Assembly: GCA_964404225.1 (NCBI GenBank)
Contig: CAYOJI010000002.1
Location: 1 to 58,481 of the forward strand
Direction of reading: 5' to 3'
Length of the DNA stretch: 58,481 bases
Origin: an uncultured Nitrospiraceae bacterium
GTDB taxonomy: Bacteria > Nitrospirota > Thermodesulfovibrionia > Thermodesulfovibrionales > SM23-35
A program made the position numbers and the translations under genes. The notes under the pieces were generated by a model. That model was given only the letters and a program-made list of their open reading frames with translations, ran no database searches and had not been told where the DNA came from. Each line of letters opens with the position of its first letter. Position 1 is the first letter of the stretch. Below are positions 8,711 through 17,701 of this stretch, one piece after another.

Positions 8711-8787
8711 CGGGGCGTAGCGCAGCCTGGTAGCGCACACGGTTCGGGACCGTGGTGTCGAAGGTTCAAATCCTTTCGCCCCGACCA
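8711..8787 (+). tRNA. tRNA-Pro (anticodon CGG)
   Basis: Cloverleaf with acceptor CGGGGCG/CGCCCCG, anticodon stem CACGG/CCGTG, loop TTCGGGA with CGG at 8745-8747, a GGTTCAAATCC T-arm and an encoded CCA. Confidence 0.95.
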
Positions 8788-8958
8788 ACATTTTATCTTT
8801 TATAATGAAGTAGAATGCTAAGACCTTGGAGGTCTTTATAGTTTATCAGGTAATTTTGCCGAGCTTTATTCTTAATATCATCACTCCTTGATTGTTTTCA
8901 AGAAGGGAATTATTTATTATATGGTTAGATAATTTTTCAGTATTGGTAATGCGTAATG

Positions 8959-8987
8959 TTGACAAACTTTTATAAAAAGCTTTAAAT
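8959..8987 (+). promoter_or_regulatory. sigma-70-type promoter placed for a leaderless slp mRNA
   Basis: TTGACA (8959-64), 17 nt, TTAAAT (8982-87). Only 6 nt separate the -10 box from the ATG at 8994, and there is no SD. Confidence 0.45.
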
Positions 8988-8993
8988 AAAATC

Positions 8994-9569
8994 ATGAAGA
9001 GAAAATTTCTAATCATTTCTTCCCTTTTATTATATTTTTTCTTAATGTCATGTGCACCTGTACTTCAAAAAGAATTAATGGAAACAGGAATAAGAGAGAT
9101 TTCCCTTTCTGATATAAAGCAAAATCCCATACGTTACCAAGGTAAAATATTCATTCTCGGAGGTATCATAGTGAATACTAAATTAAAAGAAGATGGTACT
9201 TTAATAGAAGCACTTTATGTACCTGTTGATTCAAGAGGTTATTTAAAGGGAATCGGAAGATCACATGATAGATTTCTTGCTCTATTTCCTAAAGAAAGTG
9301 GTATACTGGATCCGATAATCTTTAGACCTGAAAGAGAAGTAACAATTGCTGCTGAATTCCTTCGAATACAAGAAGGTAAGATAGATGACTTAGATTATGT
9401 TTATCCGCTATTTAAGATAAAAGAACTATACCTTTGGGAAGAAAGAAAAGAATATTATTTAATACCCTATTACTACGAACCCTATCCTTTCTGGTGGGAT
9501 TATCCGTATTGGTGGGATCGTCCTTACTGGCGATGGAGGTATAGGGTGCCACCGCCTTACTGGTGGTAA
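8994..9569 (+). CDS. slp: Slp-family outer-membrane lipoprotein with an aromatic-rich C-terminal tail
   Basis: Lipobox LMSC. The IRYQGKIFILGGIIVN core resembles Slp/YeaY. The C-terminus is YYYEPYPFWWDYPYWWDRPYWRWRYRVPPPYWW. Confidence 0.7.
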   Translation: MKRKFLIISSLLLYFFLMSCAPVLQKELMETGIREISLSDIKQNPIRYQGKIFILGGIIVNTKLKEDGTLIEALYVPVDSRGYLKGIGRSHDRFLALFPKESGILDPIIFRPEREVTIAAEFLRIQEGKIDDLDYVYPLFKIKELYLWEERKEYYLIPYYYEPYPFWWDYPYWWDRPYWRWRYRVPPPYWW

Positions 9570-9790
9570 CTTTTTATGGATCTTAAGAAAAAATTTAGCC
9601 CAAAAAGTTATGCTCATATCATTAACCCATCATTTGGCAACCCATCGGTCCTAAGGTGAAAACTGCACATTATAATCGCTCTGAATATCAGAATAAACGA
9701 TATTTATTTCTATCGACTTTAAAAAATTTTTAATAATAAGTAAAATACCTTCTACCATTTTTATTTGGAGAAATCCTAAAGGAGGTACAC

Positions 9791-11149
9791 GTGAACAGAA
9801 GAATTGATTTAAATGTAAAAGATATCCCTAAACAGTGGTATAATATTTTGGCAGATTTACCAACCCCTGTACCGCCACCGCTTAATCCAGCTACGGGAAA
9901 ACCTATAACCCCTGATATGTTAGAAGCTATTTTCCCAAAGAATGTTATCGAACAAGAAATCAGCACGGAAAGATGGATTGATATTCCTGAAGAAGTTATC
10001 CAGAAATATCTTATTTGGAGACCAACTCCTCTTTATAGGGCTTATTTTTTAGAAAAATTTCTTAGCACTCCTGCACGAATTTATTTTAAAAATGAAGGTG
10101 TAAGTCCACCAGGAAGTCACAAACCAAATACGGCTGTAGCCCAGGCTTATTTTAATAAGGTAGCTGGTATAAAAAGGCTTACTACAGAGACAGGAGCTGG
10201 ACAATGGGGTAGCGCCCTTGCCTTTGCATGTAGTCAGTTTGGCCTTGAATTAAAGGTTTATATGGTAAGGATTAGTTATAACCAAAAACCATATAGAAGA
10301 GTGCTCATGGAGACGTGGGGGGCAAAGTGCGTTCCAAGTCCGAGCCCGGACACAAATGCAGGCAGAAAATTTTTTGAACAAAATCCAGAGCATCCCGGAA
10401 GTTTAGGTATAGCAATTAGCGAAGCAGTGGAAGATGGCGCAACAACAAAGGATTCTAAATATTCTATCGGGAGTGTCGCAAATCATGTCCTTTTACACCA
10501 AACTATTATCGGATTAGAAGCTTACAAACAGCTCGAGATGATAAATGAGTATCCTGATATTGTTGTTGGTTGTGCAGGTGGAGGAAGTAACTTTTCGGGT
10601 ATTGCGCTACCGTTTGTAAGGGATAAGATTAATGGGAAACAAATTAAAGTAATAGCTTGTGAACCAGCTTCGTGTCCAACGATGACAAAAGGTCCTTATA
10701 TTTATGACTTCGGGGATACTGCTGAAACAACACCTCTTTTTGCAATGCATTCTTTGGGTCATAAATTTGTACCCGCTCCCATTCATGCTGGCGGACTCAG
10801 GTATCACGGTATGGCACCGATAGTAAGTAGATTACTTGAAGACAAATTAATAGAAGCGCGGGCATATGCCCAACTCGAGACATTTGCAGCAGGTGTCACA
10901 TTCGCAAGAACAGAGGGTTTTGTTCCTGCCCCAGAAACAAATCATGCTATTGCATGTGTGATCGAAGAAGCTAAAAAGGCAAAAGAAGAAGGTAAAGAAA
11001 AGGTTATTCTTGTTAACTGGAGCGGGCACGGTATTATTGATCTTGCTGCGTATGATGCATATTTATCAGGTAAGCTCGAAGATTATGTATTACCTGATGA
11101 GGAGATAAATAAGCTATTGAAAGACTTGGAGAAGTTTCCAAGACCCTAA
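9791..11149 (+). CDS. trpB: TrpB2-type tryptophan synthase beta-like PLP enzyme
   Basis: GTG start after an AAAGGAGG SD. The long N-terminal extension ([13 protein letters not shown]...) and the GGGSN PLP-binding loop ([10 protein letters not shown]) are typical of TrpB2. Confidence 0.9.
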   Translation: MNRRIDLNVKDIPKQWYNILADLPTPVPPPLNPATGKPITPDMLEAIFPKNVIEQEISTERWIDIPEEVIQKYLIWRPTPLYRAYFLEKFLSTPARIYFKNEGVSPPGSHKPNTAVAQAYFNKVAGIKRLTTETGAGQWGSALAFACSQFGLELKVYMVRISYNQKPYRRVLMETWGAKCVPSPSPDTNAGRKFFEQNPEHPGSLGIAISEAVEDGATTKDSKYSIGSVANHVLLHQTIIGLEAYKQLEMINEYPDIVVGCAGGGSNFSGIALPFVRDKINGKQIKVIACEPASCPTMTKGPYIYDFGDTAETTPLFAMHSLGHKFVPAPIHAGGLRYHGMAPIVSRLLEDKLIEARAYAQLETFAAGVTFARTEGFVPAPETNHAIACVIEEAKKAKEEGKEKVILVNWSGHGIIDLAAYDAYLSGKLEDYVLPDEEINKLLKDLEKFPRP

Positions 11150-11191
11150 ATTAAAATTACAGACGAGGGCATAAACCTCGCCTTTTAATTA

Positions 11192-11440
11192 TTGTCACAA
11201 ATGACCGAAAGAGGTATCTTGACAATTTATTGCAATCAATTAGGGATGCTTGTAGAATTCTCTTATTGTTCCAAATTACAGGAAGGACTACCGTGTAGAA
11301 ATATAATTGGCTGCTGGGAACAAAGGATGGATATTATTGCATTTCTGAACAAAACCTTTACTTACGAAGAATTGAGAAAAGTCTTTAGCAGTCTTCCCAA
11401 ATCAAGAATAGAACGTATAATAGAGTCATTGGGAAGTTGA
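11192..11440 (+). CDS. Small Cys-containing hypothetical protein
   Basis: 82-aa ORF (probably starting at ATG 11201) with four Cys in the first half. Its stop overlaps the TTG start of the L,D-transpeptidase (TTGA). Confidence 0.5.
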   Translation: MSQMTERGILTIYCNQLGMLVEFSYCSKLQEGLPCRNIIGCWEQRMDIIAFLNKTFTYEELRKVFSSLPKSRIERIIESLGS

Positions 11441-12153
11441 ATAGATTAATATTTGCTTTATTCAAGGATCTGACTTTAATTATATTTATTTCTTTGTGTT
11501 TTATATCTTCTGTACAAGCAGAGGCCTTCTCCTATTCAGAAGATAACACGGTAATTGGTTTAACAAAAAATTATTTCGCTAAAGAAAATGAATCACTGAT
11601 TGAGATAGCAAGAAAGTTTGGACTTGGTTACAATGAAATTGTATCCGCAAATCCTGATCTCGATCCCTTTGTCGTAGAAACAAATACTAACATTACACTA
11701 CCTACCTCGTGGGTACTTCCAGACATTGGGATATACGATGGTATAATCGTCAATATCTCTGAAATGAGGCTCTATTATTTTTTTAAGGAGAGAGGTGTGA
11801 ACTTAGTTACTACTTTTCCGATCGGAATAGGTAGAGAAGAGAAAGACACACCCCTTGGAAAATTTAAGGTGATCGAAAAAATTGTAAATCCATACTGGCA
11901 TGTTCCTAAATCAATAAGAAAAGCAAATCCCGATTTGCCCAAAGTAGTACCACCAGGACCTAATAATCCATTAGGTTCTCACGCTTTAAGGCTTTCTTTA
12001 AGTGATATACTGATACATGGTACAAATAAACCGTATGGGATAGGAAGAAAAGTAAGCCATGGTTGTATAAGATTATATCCGGAACACATAGTGAAACTGT
12101 ATAAGTTAGTCCCTATTGGAACTAATGTAACCATAAGTGGGTGTCTCAAATAA
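11437..12153 (+). CDS. L,D-transpeptidase (LysM + YkuD catalytic domain), truncated by a frame change
   Basis: Signal peptide, a LysM-like segment (ESLIEIARKFGLGYNEIVSANP), and the YkuD active site HGTNKPYGIGRKVSHGCIRL. Confidence 0.85.
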   Translation: MNRLIFALFKDLTLIIFISLCFISSVQAEAFSYSEDNTVIGLTKNYFAKENESLIEIARKFGLGYNEIVSANPDLDPFVVETNTNITLPTSWVLPDIGIYDGIIVNISEMRLYYFFKERGVNLVTTFPIGIGREEKDTPLGKFKVIEKIVNPYWHVPKSIRKANPDLPKVVPPGPNNPLGSHALRLSLSDILIHGTNKPYGIGRKVSHGCIRLYPEHIVKLYKLVPIGTNVTISGCLK

Positions 12154-12322
12154 CAGAATTTATCTTGAAGTCCATAAAGATGAATCCCTAAAGATGAATT
12201 ATTTTGATGAAACAGTTAGATTATTGAGAAAGAAAAATCTATATGAAAAAATTGATAAGGAAAAGATGATTTCTACTCTTAAGGGGAATACTGGCATTCC
12301 AACAGATATAACTAAAGATTAA
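12137..12322 (+). pseudogene. Out-of-frame C-terminal segment of the L,D-transpeptidase (ErfK/YbiS-type ...YLEVH... region)
   Basis: The +1-frame ORF reads VGVSNNRIYLEVHKD... This corresponds to the conserved post-catalytic ..Y(I/L)EVH.. segment of ErfK/YbiS/YcfS enzymes. It overlaps the end of 11437..12153 by 17 nt. Confidence 0.55.
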
Positions 12323-12356
12323 TCCTCGGAGTATCAATATGGTTTATTTGAGTTTA

Positions 12357-12384
12357 GGAGAGAGTCTAAAAATTAGACTCTCCC
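12357..12384. terminator. Hairpin between convergent genes; candidate bidirectional terminator
   Basis: GAGAGTCTAA (12360-69), AAA loop, TTAGACTCTC (12373-82). It lies between the stop of 12137..12322(+) and the stop of 12393..12770(-). Confidence 0.45.
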
Positions 12385-12392
12385 TAACAAAT

Positions 12393-12770
12393 TTATTTTT
12401 TCATTTGCTGTAATTCAAATGCTTTCGCAGCTTTCTTAGCAGCACTTTCAGCTTTATCCGCTGCTATTTCTGCTCTATCCGCAGCAGCTTCAGCTCTCTT
12501 TGCAACAGCATCAGCCTTATCACAACATTCCTTCGCAAGTTTCTTTGCTTCCTCTGCAAGTGCCTTAGCTTCGGCAGCAGTCTTCTGGGCTAAATCAGCC
12601 TTGCTCTCACATCCTGCAATCTTTTTTTCGATTTCTGCAACCTTTGCCTCCAACCTGCTGATTCTATCAATCAAAGGATCTACTTGCTGCCTTACATAAT
12701 CTCTTGTAGCACATCCTAAGGAAATTAAAAATAATAGGGAAAGAATTATTAGAATAGTTTTTCTCATCAA
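12393..12770 (-). CDS. Lpp-like alanine-rich coiled-coil lipoprotein ending in Lys-Lys
   Basis: Lipobox LISLGC, then a heptad-like Ala/Lys/Glu-rich helix to the C-terminus ...FELQQMKK. Strong SD (AAGGAGG). Confidence 0.75.
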   Translation of the reverse strand: MMRKTILIILSLLFLISLGCATRDYVRQQVDPLIDRISRLEAKVAEIEKKIAGCESKADLAQKTAAEAKALAEEAKKLAKECCDKADAVAKRAEAAADRAEIAADKAESAAKKAAKAFELQQMKK

Positions 12771-12799
12771 TTGCCTCCTTTCTATAAAATTTACAAAAT

Positions 12800-12828
12800 A
12801 TATTAAAGTAGTCTTTGATAAAAGTCAA
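12800..12828 (-). promoter_or_regulatory. sigma-70-type promoter of the Lpp-like gene
   Basis: On the minus strand: TTGACT (12828-23), 17 nt, TAATAT (12805-00), followed by a leader carrying the AAGGAGG SD. Confidence 0.5.
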
Positions 12829-12837
12829 ATGAAAAAG

Positions 12838-12881
12838 TCTTTGGCAGTCTAAACTTATGCCATTTAATAGACTGCCAAAGA
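12838..12881 (-). terminator. 14-bp perfect inverted repeat; candidate terminator of the argD-argF-membrane protein unit, or an operator
   Basis: TCTTTGGCAGTCTA (12838-51) and TAGACTGCCAAAGA (12868-81) with a 16-nt loop. On the minus strand it is followed by ACTTTTTC. Confidence 0.4.
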
Positions 12882-13101
12882 AATGGAGGTGAAGTTAACC
12901 TTCTATTAAGTCAAGCAAATCACATGCCAGTAATAATTTATATTTAAATCATTGATTTTTAAGGGAATAATAGTAAAATCGTTATTTTTTATGGGAATCG
13001 AAAGACATATTTTGTCAAAGCTTATTACATGAGATGTATTTTAAAATATTACAGATATTGCTCAAAAATTTATAACTAATACAGGTTAAAAACATTTTAG
13101 G

Positions 13102-13812
13102 TTAACGTGATAATCGTATTCGATTATAGAATAATACCAGAAAAAATAAGATAAAGAATTCTCCTATGATGAACAATGTCCAGTTGTACGTTTCAGGAAC
13201 ATAATTTGAAAATATATTTTGAAAATCTTTATCTTCCAAGAGTGAAAATAGTTTAGAAATATAACTTCCTTTAATTATTATTTTTGAATAATCCCAAATG
13301 AATGTTATAAAAATAAGAATGGCACCTATAATTAATGTTACCCATTCATAGATCTTAATCTTTACGTCATATCCTTTATTTTGTAGTAATAAAATACCCC
13401 CTGCTATAACTATCATCGTAAAAGCACAAATCAGCGGAGCCAAAACAGGACCAATCCACACTACAGGGATAAGAAATAAAATATCCCATGTTAATAAAGA
13501 GGAAGGCCAGTTAAGAAGAACCTTAAGCCATACATAATAAAAAATATCCCAAATACCAAAAGATAAAAGAAAATAGGATAATCTTTCATAGAAATTTCTT
13601 CCAGTAATGAAGCCAATGGAAAAAAGCATAACAATTGTGGAAATTTCTCTCAGATACTCAGTCAAAAGTACTTCAGGAGTAAGCTGTTTGAGTGGGAAAG
13701 CAAACCCTTCGGGGTAATACAGTTGTCTTAAATATACAACAACTGCTGCTTCCAAAAAACCCATTGAGATACCAAAAATGGTTAAAAGAATAATTTTACT
13801 TTTTGTTCTCAT
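13102..13812 (-). CDS. Polytopic membrane protein, function unknown
   Basis: 236-aa ORF with about 7 hydrophobic segments. I recognise no family. Confidence 0.6.
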   Translation of the reverse strand: MRTKSKIILLTIFGISMGFLEAAVVVYLRQLYYPEGFAFPLKQLTPEVLLTEYLREISTIVMLFSIGFITGRNFYERLSYFLLSFGIWDIFYYVWLKVLLNWPSSLLTWDILFLIPVVWIGPVLAPLICAFTMIVIAGGILLLQNKGYDVKIKIYEWVTLIIGAILIFITFIWDYSKIIIKGSYISKLFSLLEDKDFQNIFSNYVPETYNWTLFIIGEFFILFFLVLFYNRIRLSR

Positions 13813-13904
13813 AATTCAGATATCTTTGGTTTAAATTGGAGAAGATATATCTATTTAGATTATTTAGCTTAACAGAATTTAAACTTTCATTTTAGATTTT
13901 TTAA

Positions 13905-14855
13905 TTAACTCAACATTGGATTTAAAAGAAACTCTAAAAGAGCCTTCTGAGTATGGAGCCTATTTTCTGCCTGTTCAAAGACAACACTCTGAGGTCCATC
14001 CATAACTTCATCTGTTATCTCTTCTCCCCTATGAGCAGGAAGACAATGTAGGACAATTGCGTCTTTGTCAGCAAGGGCAAGAAGTTCTTTGTTAAGCTGA
14101 TATTTTCTTAGTTTTCTCTTTTTCTTAACCGCTTCTTTTTCTTGTCCCATGCTGACCCATACATCAGTATAGACGACATCAGCTTTGGCAACAGCCTCTT
14201 TTGGGTCTCTTACGATTTTTATATTATTGTTTACTTTTGATTGAACTTTTTCCAAGACATTTGAGTCGGGTTCACAGCCTTTTGGACATGCGGCCACCAT
14301 GCTTATTCCCATTCTTGCAGATGCCTCTATTAATGAATTTGTAACATTGTTGCCATCACCGATATAAGCAAGGCGTATATTACTTAATTGATGTTTCTTT
14401 TCGAAGATCGTCATTAAGTCTGCCAATGCTTGGCAGGGATGATGTAGATCACTTAGACCATTTATTACGGGGATAGAAGAATAATTTGCGAATTCTATTA
14501 ATGAATTATGACTAAATGTTCTTATTACAATTGCGCTTAGATATTTTGAAAAAACCTTTGCTGTATCATGGATAGACTCACCTCTTCCTAACTGAATTTC
14601 CATTGGATTCATATATATAGATTGCCCACCAAGTTGATAAATTCCGACCTCAAATGACAAGCGTGTTCTTGTGGAAGCCTTTTCAAATAAAAGTCCAATA
14701 CTTTTACCTATTAAAGGACATTTATTGGCATCTTTACCAGCTTTAAGTTCCAATGCCCTTTTTATAATTTTTTCAATCTCTTCAGAAGATAAATCCCAAA
14801 CAGTTAAAAAATCTCTCTTTCCGTTCATCAATAATCTTACCCTCTCCTCATTCAA
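13905..14855 (-). CDS. argF: Ornithine carbamoyltransferase
   Basis: Carries the STRTR, HPCQ and HCLPAHRGEE motifs. Confidence 0.9.
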   Translation of the reverse strand: MNEERVRLLMNGKRDFLTVWDLSSEEIEKIIKRALELKAGKDANKCPLIGKSIGLLFEKASTRTRLSFEVGIYQLGGQSIYMNPMEIQLGRGESIHDTAKVFSKYLSAIVIRTFSHNSLIEFANYSSIPVINGLSDLHHPCQALADLMTIFEKKHQLSNIRLAYIGDGNNVTNSLIEASARMGISMVAACPKGCEPDSNVLEKVQSKVNNNIKIVRDPKEAVAKADVVYTDVWVSMGQEKEAVKKKRKLRKYQLNKELLALADKDAIVLHCLPAHRGEEITDEVMDGPQSVVFEQAENRLHTQKALLEFLLNPMLS

Positions 14856-14875
14856 TTATAGAAAGTCAGAAATTA

Positions 14876-16072
14876 TTATATCTTAGAAAAAATTTCATTT
14901 AGAATATTTATTAACTGATCTATATCTCTTCTTCGAACGATCAAAGGAGGTATCAAACGCAAAACATTATTTGCAGTACAATTTATAAGTAACCCTTTTT
15001 CCATACAAGCCTTAACAATACTACTACATTCGGTTGTCATTTCTATACCTAAAATTAATCCCTTACCTCTGATTTCTTTGATGAGATGAGGGAATCTCTC
15101 TTTTAGTTTCAATAATTCTTCGAAGAGGTAAATACTCATCCTGTTACAGTTGTCTAAAATAAATCCATCTTCAAGTAGCGTTTCAATAGTTGCTATTGCA
15201 GCAGCGCATACGAGCGGATTCCCACCAAAGGTTGAAGCATGATTTCCGGGCTCAAAAGCTGATGCCACCTTATCCGTAGCAAGCATTGCACCTATTGGGA
15301 CACCATTACCCAACCCTTTAGCAACTGTCATTATATCAGGTGTAATGTCATAATGTTCGTAGGCGAAGAGTTTTCCTGTTCTTCCCATACCGGTTTGAAC
15401 TTCGTCAAGGATTAGGAGAAGATTATTTTCATTACATATTTTTTTTACCTCTTTTAAATAATCAGAATCTGGTAATATAACTCCCCCTTCTCCTTGTATT
15501 GGCTCTAATAAAACTGCACAAGTGTTTTCAGTTATAGCCTCGCTTAAGGCTTTTGTATCATTGAAAGGGACGTATTTGAATCCTGGAACAAGGGGTTCAA
15601 AGCCTCTATGAAATTTTTCCTGTCCAGTTGCAGTAAGTGCTCCAAGTGTTCTTCCATGAAAAGAATTTTCGGCTGTTATTATTTCGAAGCAGTTTGGTCC
15701 TAAATGTTCTTTAGAGTATTTTCTTGCAAGTTTAATTGCTGCTTCAATTGCTTCAGCACCAGAGTTACAGAAAAATACTTTATCAGCAAATGAGTTTTCC
15801 ACGAGTAGTTTAGCAAGCTTTATTTGAGGTTCAATATGATAATAGTTTGAAACATGGATTAGCCTTTGTGCCTGTTTTTGAATTGCAACAACAACGCGTG
15901 GATGACAATGCCCAAGGATATTTACAGCTATCCCTCCCACAAAATCAAGATATTCTTTATTATCTAAATCCCATACTTTCATTCCCATGCCTTTTCTTAA
16001 GACAATGGGGTATCTGCTATATGTATTCATTAAAAACTGTTTAGATTGCTCAAAAAATTTTTTACTTTCCAT
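14876..16072 (-). CDS. argD: Acetylornithine aminotransferase (class III PLP)
   Basis: Has the LILDEVQTGMGRTGK and TVAKGLGNG(V)P PLP-lysine region. It sits adjacent to argF. Confidence 0.9.
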   Translation of the reverse strand: MESKKFFEQSKQFLMNTYSRYPIVLRKGMGMKVWDLDNKEYLDFVGGIAVNILGHCHPRVVVAIQKQAQRLIHVSNYYHIEPQIKLAKLLVENSFADKVFFCNSGAEAIEAAIKLARKYSKEHLGPNCFEIITAENSFHGRTLGALTATGQEKFHRGFEPLVPGFKYVPFNDTKALSEAITENTCAVLLEPIQGEGGVILPDSDYLKEVKKICNENNLLLILDEVQTGMGRTGKLFAYEHYDITPDIMTVAKGLGNGVPIGAMLATDKVASAFEPGNHASTFGGNPLVCAAAIATIETLLEDGFILDNCNRMSIYLFEELLKLKERFPHLIKEIRGKGLILGIEMTTECSSIVKACMEKGLLINCTANNVLRLIPPLIVRRRDIDQLINILNEIFSKI

Positions 16073-16201
16073 TTGAAGTGATAATAACGAAAAATGTATC
16101 TAAAAATCAAACATTCTTATAACGAGATTACATAAATTCGGACTATTTACTTTATATTCTTAGATATATTAAAATTATAAACTTCTTAAGGAGGTGATGC
16201 A

Positions 16202-16438
16202 TTGGTAAAAATTCGTTTAACAAGATTGGGAGCGCATAAAAGACCCTTTTACAGAATAGTAGTATCTGATTCAAGGGCGAGAAGGGATGGCCCCTTCATA
16301 GAAATTCTCGGAACATACGATCCATTGAAAGAACCTTCCGAGATAAAGCTAAATGTGGATAAGACAAAACTCTGGTTACAGAGAGGAGCACAACCTACTG
16401 ATATAGTTAAAAAGCTTATGCAAAGGGCTGGCTTATAG
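16202..16438 (+). CDS. rpsP: 30S ribosomal protein S16
   Basis: [21 protein letters not shown], with a TTG start after a GGAGGTG SD. Confidence 0.95.
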   Translation: MVKIRLTRLGAHKRPFYRIVVSDSRARRDGPFIEILGTYDPLKEPSEIKLNVDKTKLWLQRGAQPTDIVKKLMQRAGL

Positions 16439-16467
16439 GCAGTCCAAAATTCGTATGGAGGTGGAAT

Positions 16468-16701
16468 ATGATGAAAGAATTAGTAGAAAAGATGGCGAAG
16501 GCTCTGGTAGACAGGCCTGAAGAAGTAAGTGTTACTGAGGTCGATGGAGAAAAGACTACTGTTTTCGAACTAAGGGTAGCACCGAGTGATCTTGGAAAAG
16601 TTATAGGTAAGCAGGGTAAAACCGCACGAGCGATGAGGACAATACTCAGCGCTTCAGGTACAAAAATAGGTAAGCGCTGTGTACTTGAAATACTCGAATA
16701 A
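16468..16701 (+). CDS. KH-domain RNA-binding protein (YlqC/UPF0109)
   Basis: [18 protein letters not shown] motif, in the conserved position after rpsP. Confidence 0.85.
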   Translation: MMKELVEKMAKALVDRPEEVSVTEVDGEKTTVFELRVAPSDLGKVIGKQGKTARAMRTILSASGTKIGKRCVLEILE

Positions 16702-16787
16702 AACCTGACTTTGTTACGAAAGCGCTCCGGAGAGATGTTTTAAAGGTCAGTTTCATCTTTATCTAAATTATTTCAGAAATGACCGAA

Positions 16788-16830
16788 GGGGTAAGGAAGT
16801 CTATAGTTTCCTTTACCCCTTAATCTTTTG
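16788..16830 (+). terminator. Rho-independent terminator-like hairpin inside the rpsP...trmD cluster
   Basis: GGGGTAAGGAA (16788-98) pairs with TTCCTTTACCCC (16808-19) with one bulge, followed by TTAATCTTTTG. Confidence 0.6.
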
Positions 16831-16963
16831 TCTGATTAAATTCGAATCAAACTATTTAATTAAAAGAATTTTTGTGTCTAATAAAATTTAGTTTCTTTAA
16901 ATAAAACTACTTAAAGATAGGCTTAATATAGACAAAAATTAAAACGATTCAAAAGAATCTAAA

Positions 16964-17701
16964 ATGATTTTTGATGTAGTAACAATATTCCCTGATATTT
17001 TTTATGCATATACAAACGAAGGTATAATCAAAAGGGCATTAAATAGAGGACTTATAAAGATAAACATCCACAATTTACGCAATTACGCAGAGGACAAACA
17101 TAAGACCGTTGATGATTATCCATACGGAGGTGGGGCTGGTATGGTGATGAAACCCGAACCATTTTTTTATGCTGTTGAAACGATATGCCCTGTCAGAAGC
17201 GAGAGAATTGTTCTTATGCTTAGTCCTGCCGGTAGAAAATTTGACCAAGAAATGGCTGTAAAACTATCTAAGGAAAAAAAGCGAATTTTTTTATTATGTG
17301 GAAGGTACGAGGCGATTGACGAACGTGTAAGAATAGGACTTGCAGACGACGAAGTTTCTATAGGAGATTATATATTAACTGGTGGTGAATTACCTGCTTT
17401 AGTTATAATAGATGCAATTTCTCGACTCATTCCAAATGTGCTTGGAGATGAACATTCGGCAGAGATTGAATCATTTTCATGGGGAATACTTGATTATCCT
17501 CATTATACAAGACCCCCTGTATTTAGGGATTTGGCAGTGCCAGAGATTTTACTTTCGGGTAATCATCAAGGGATCCGAAGATGGCGAAGAAAGGAGGCAC
17601 TTCGCAGGACATTAGAAAGAAGGCCGGATTTACTTGGAAAAATCGAGCTTAACGAGGAAGACTATAAATTAATAGATGAAATAAGGGAGGAATTACAATG
17701 A
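16964..17701 (+). CDS. trmD: tRNA (guanine37-N1)-methyltransferase
   Basis: [13 protein letters not shown] and [10 protein letters not shown]...[17 protein letters not shown] motifs. Confidence 0.95.
   Translation: MIFDVVTIFPDIFYAYTNEGIIKRALNRGLIKINIHNLRNYAEDKHKTVDDYPYGGGAGMVMKPEPFFYAVETICPVRSERIVLMLSPAGRKFDQEMAVKLSKEKKRIFLLCGRYEAIDERVRIGLADDEVSIGDYILTGGELPALVIIDAISRLIPNVLGDEHSAEIESFSWGILDYPHYTRPPVFRDLAVPEILLSGNHQGIRRWRRKEALRRTLERRPDLLGKIELNEEDYKLIDEIREELQ

Noticed and set aside
9570-9790. A Trp leader peptide, TRAP site or T-box attenuator upstream of trpB2.
   Set aside because: The only small ORF (27 codons from ATG 9577) has no Trp codons. There are no (G/U)AG repeat arrays and no convincing terminator/antiterminator pair.
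12137-12153. Programmed +1 ribosomal frameshift (prfB-like) at CTC-AAA-TAA-C in the L,D-transpeptidase.
   Set aside because: The P-site Lys-tRNA would have to re-pair on AAT. There is no upstream SD-like stimulator at the right distance, and the resulting junction is no better than that from a simple one-base indel. I therefore treat it as a frameshift mutation or sequencing error until shown otherwise.
16702-16963. A degraded rimM pseudogene in the KH-trmD gap.
   Set aside because: No frame yields RimM-like sequence, all frames are full of stops, and the gap is half the length of rimM.
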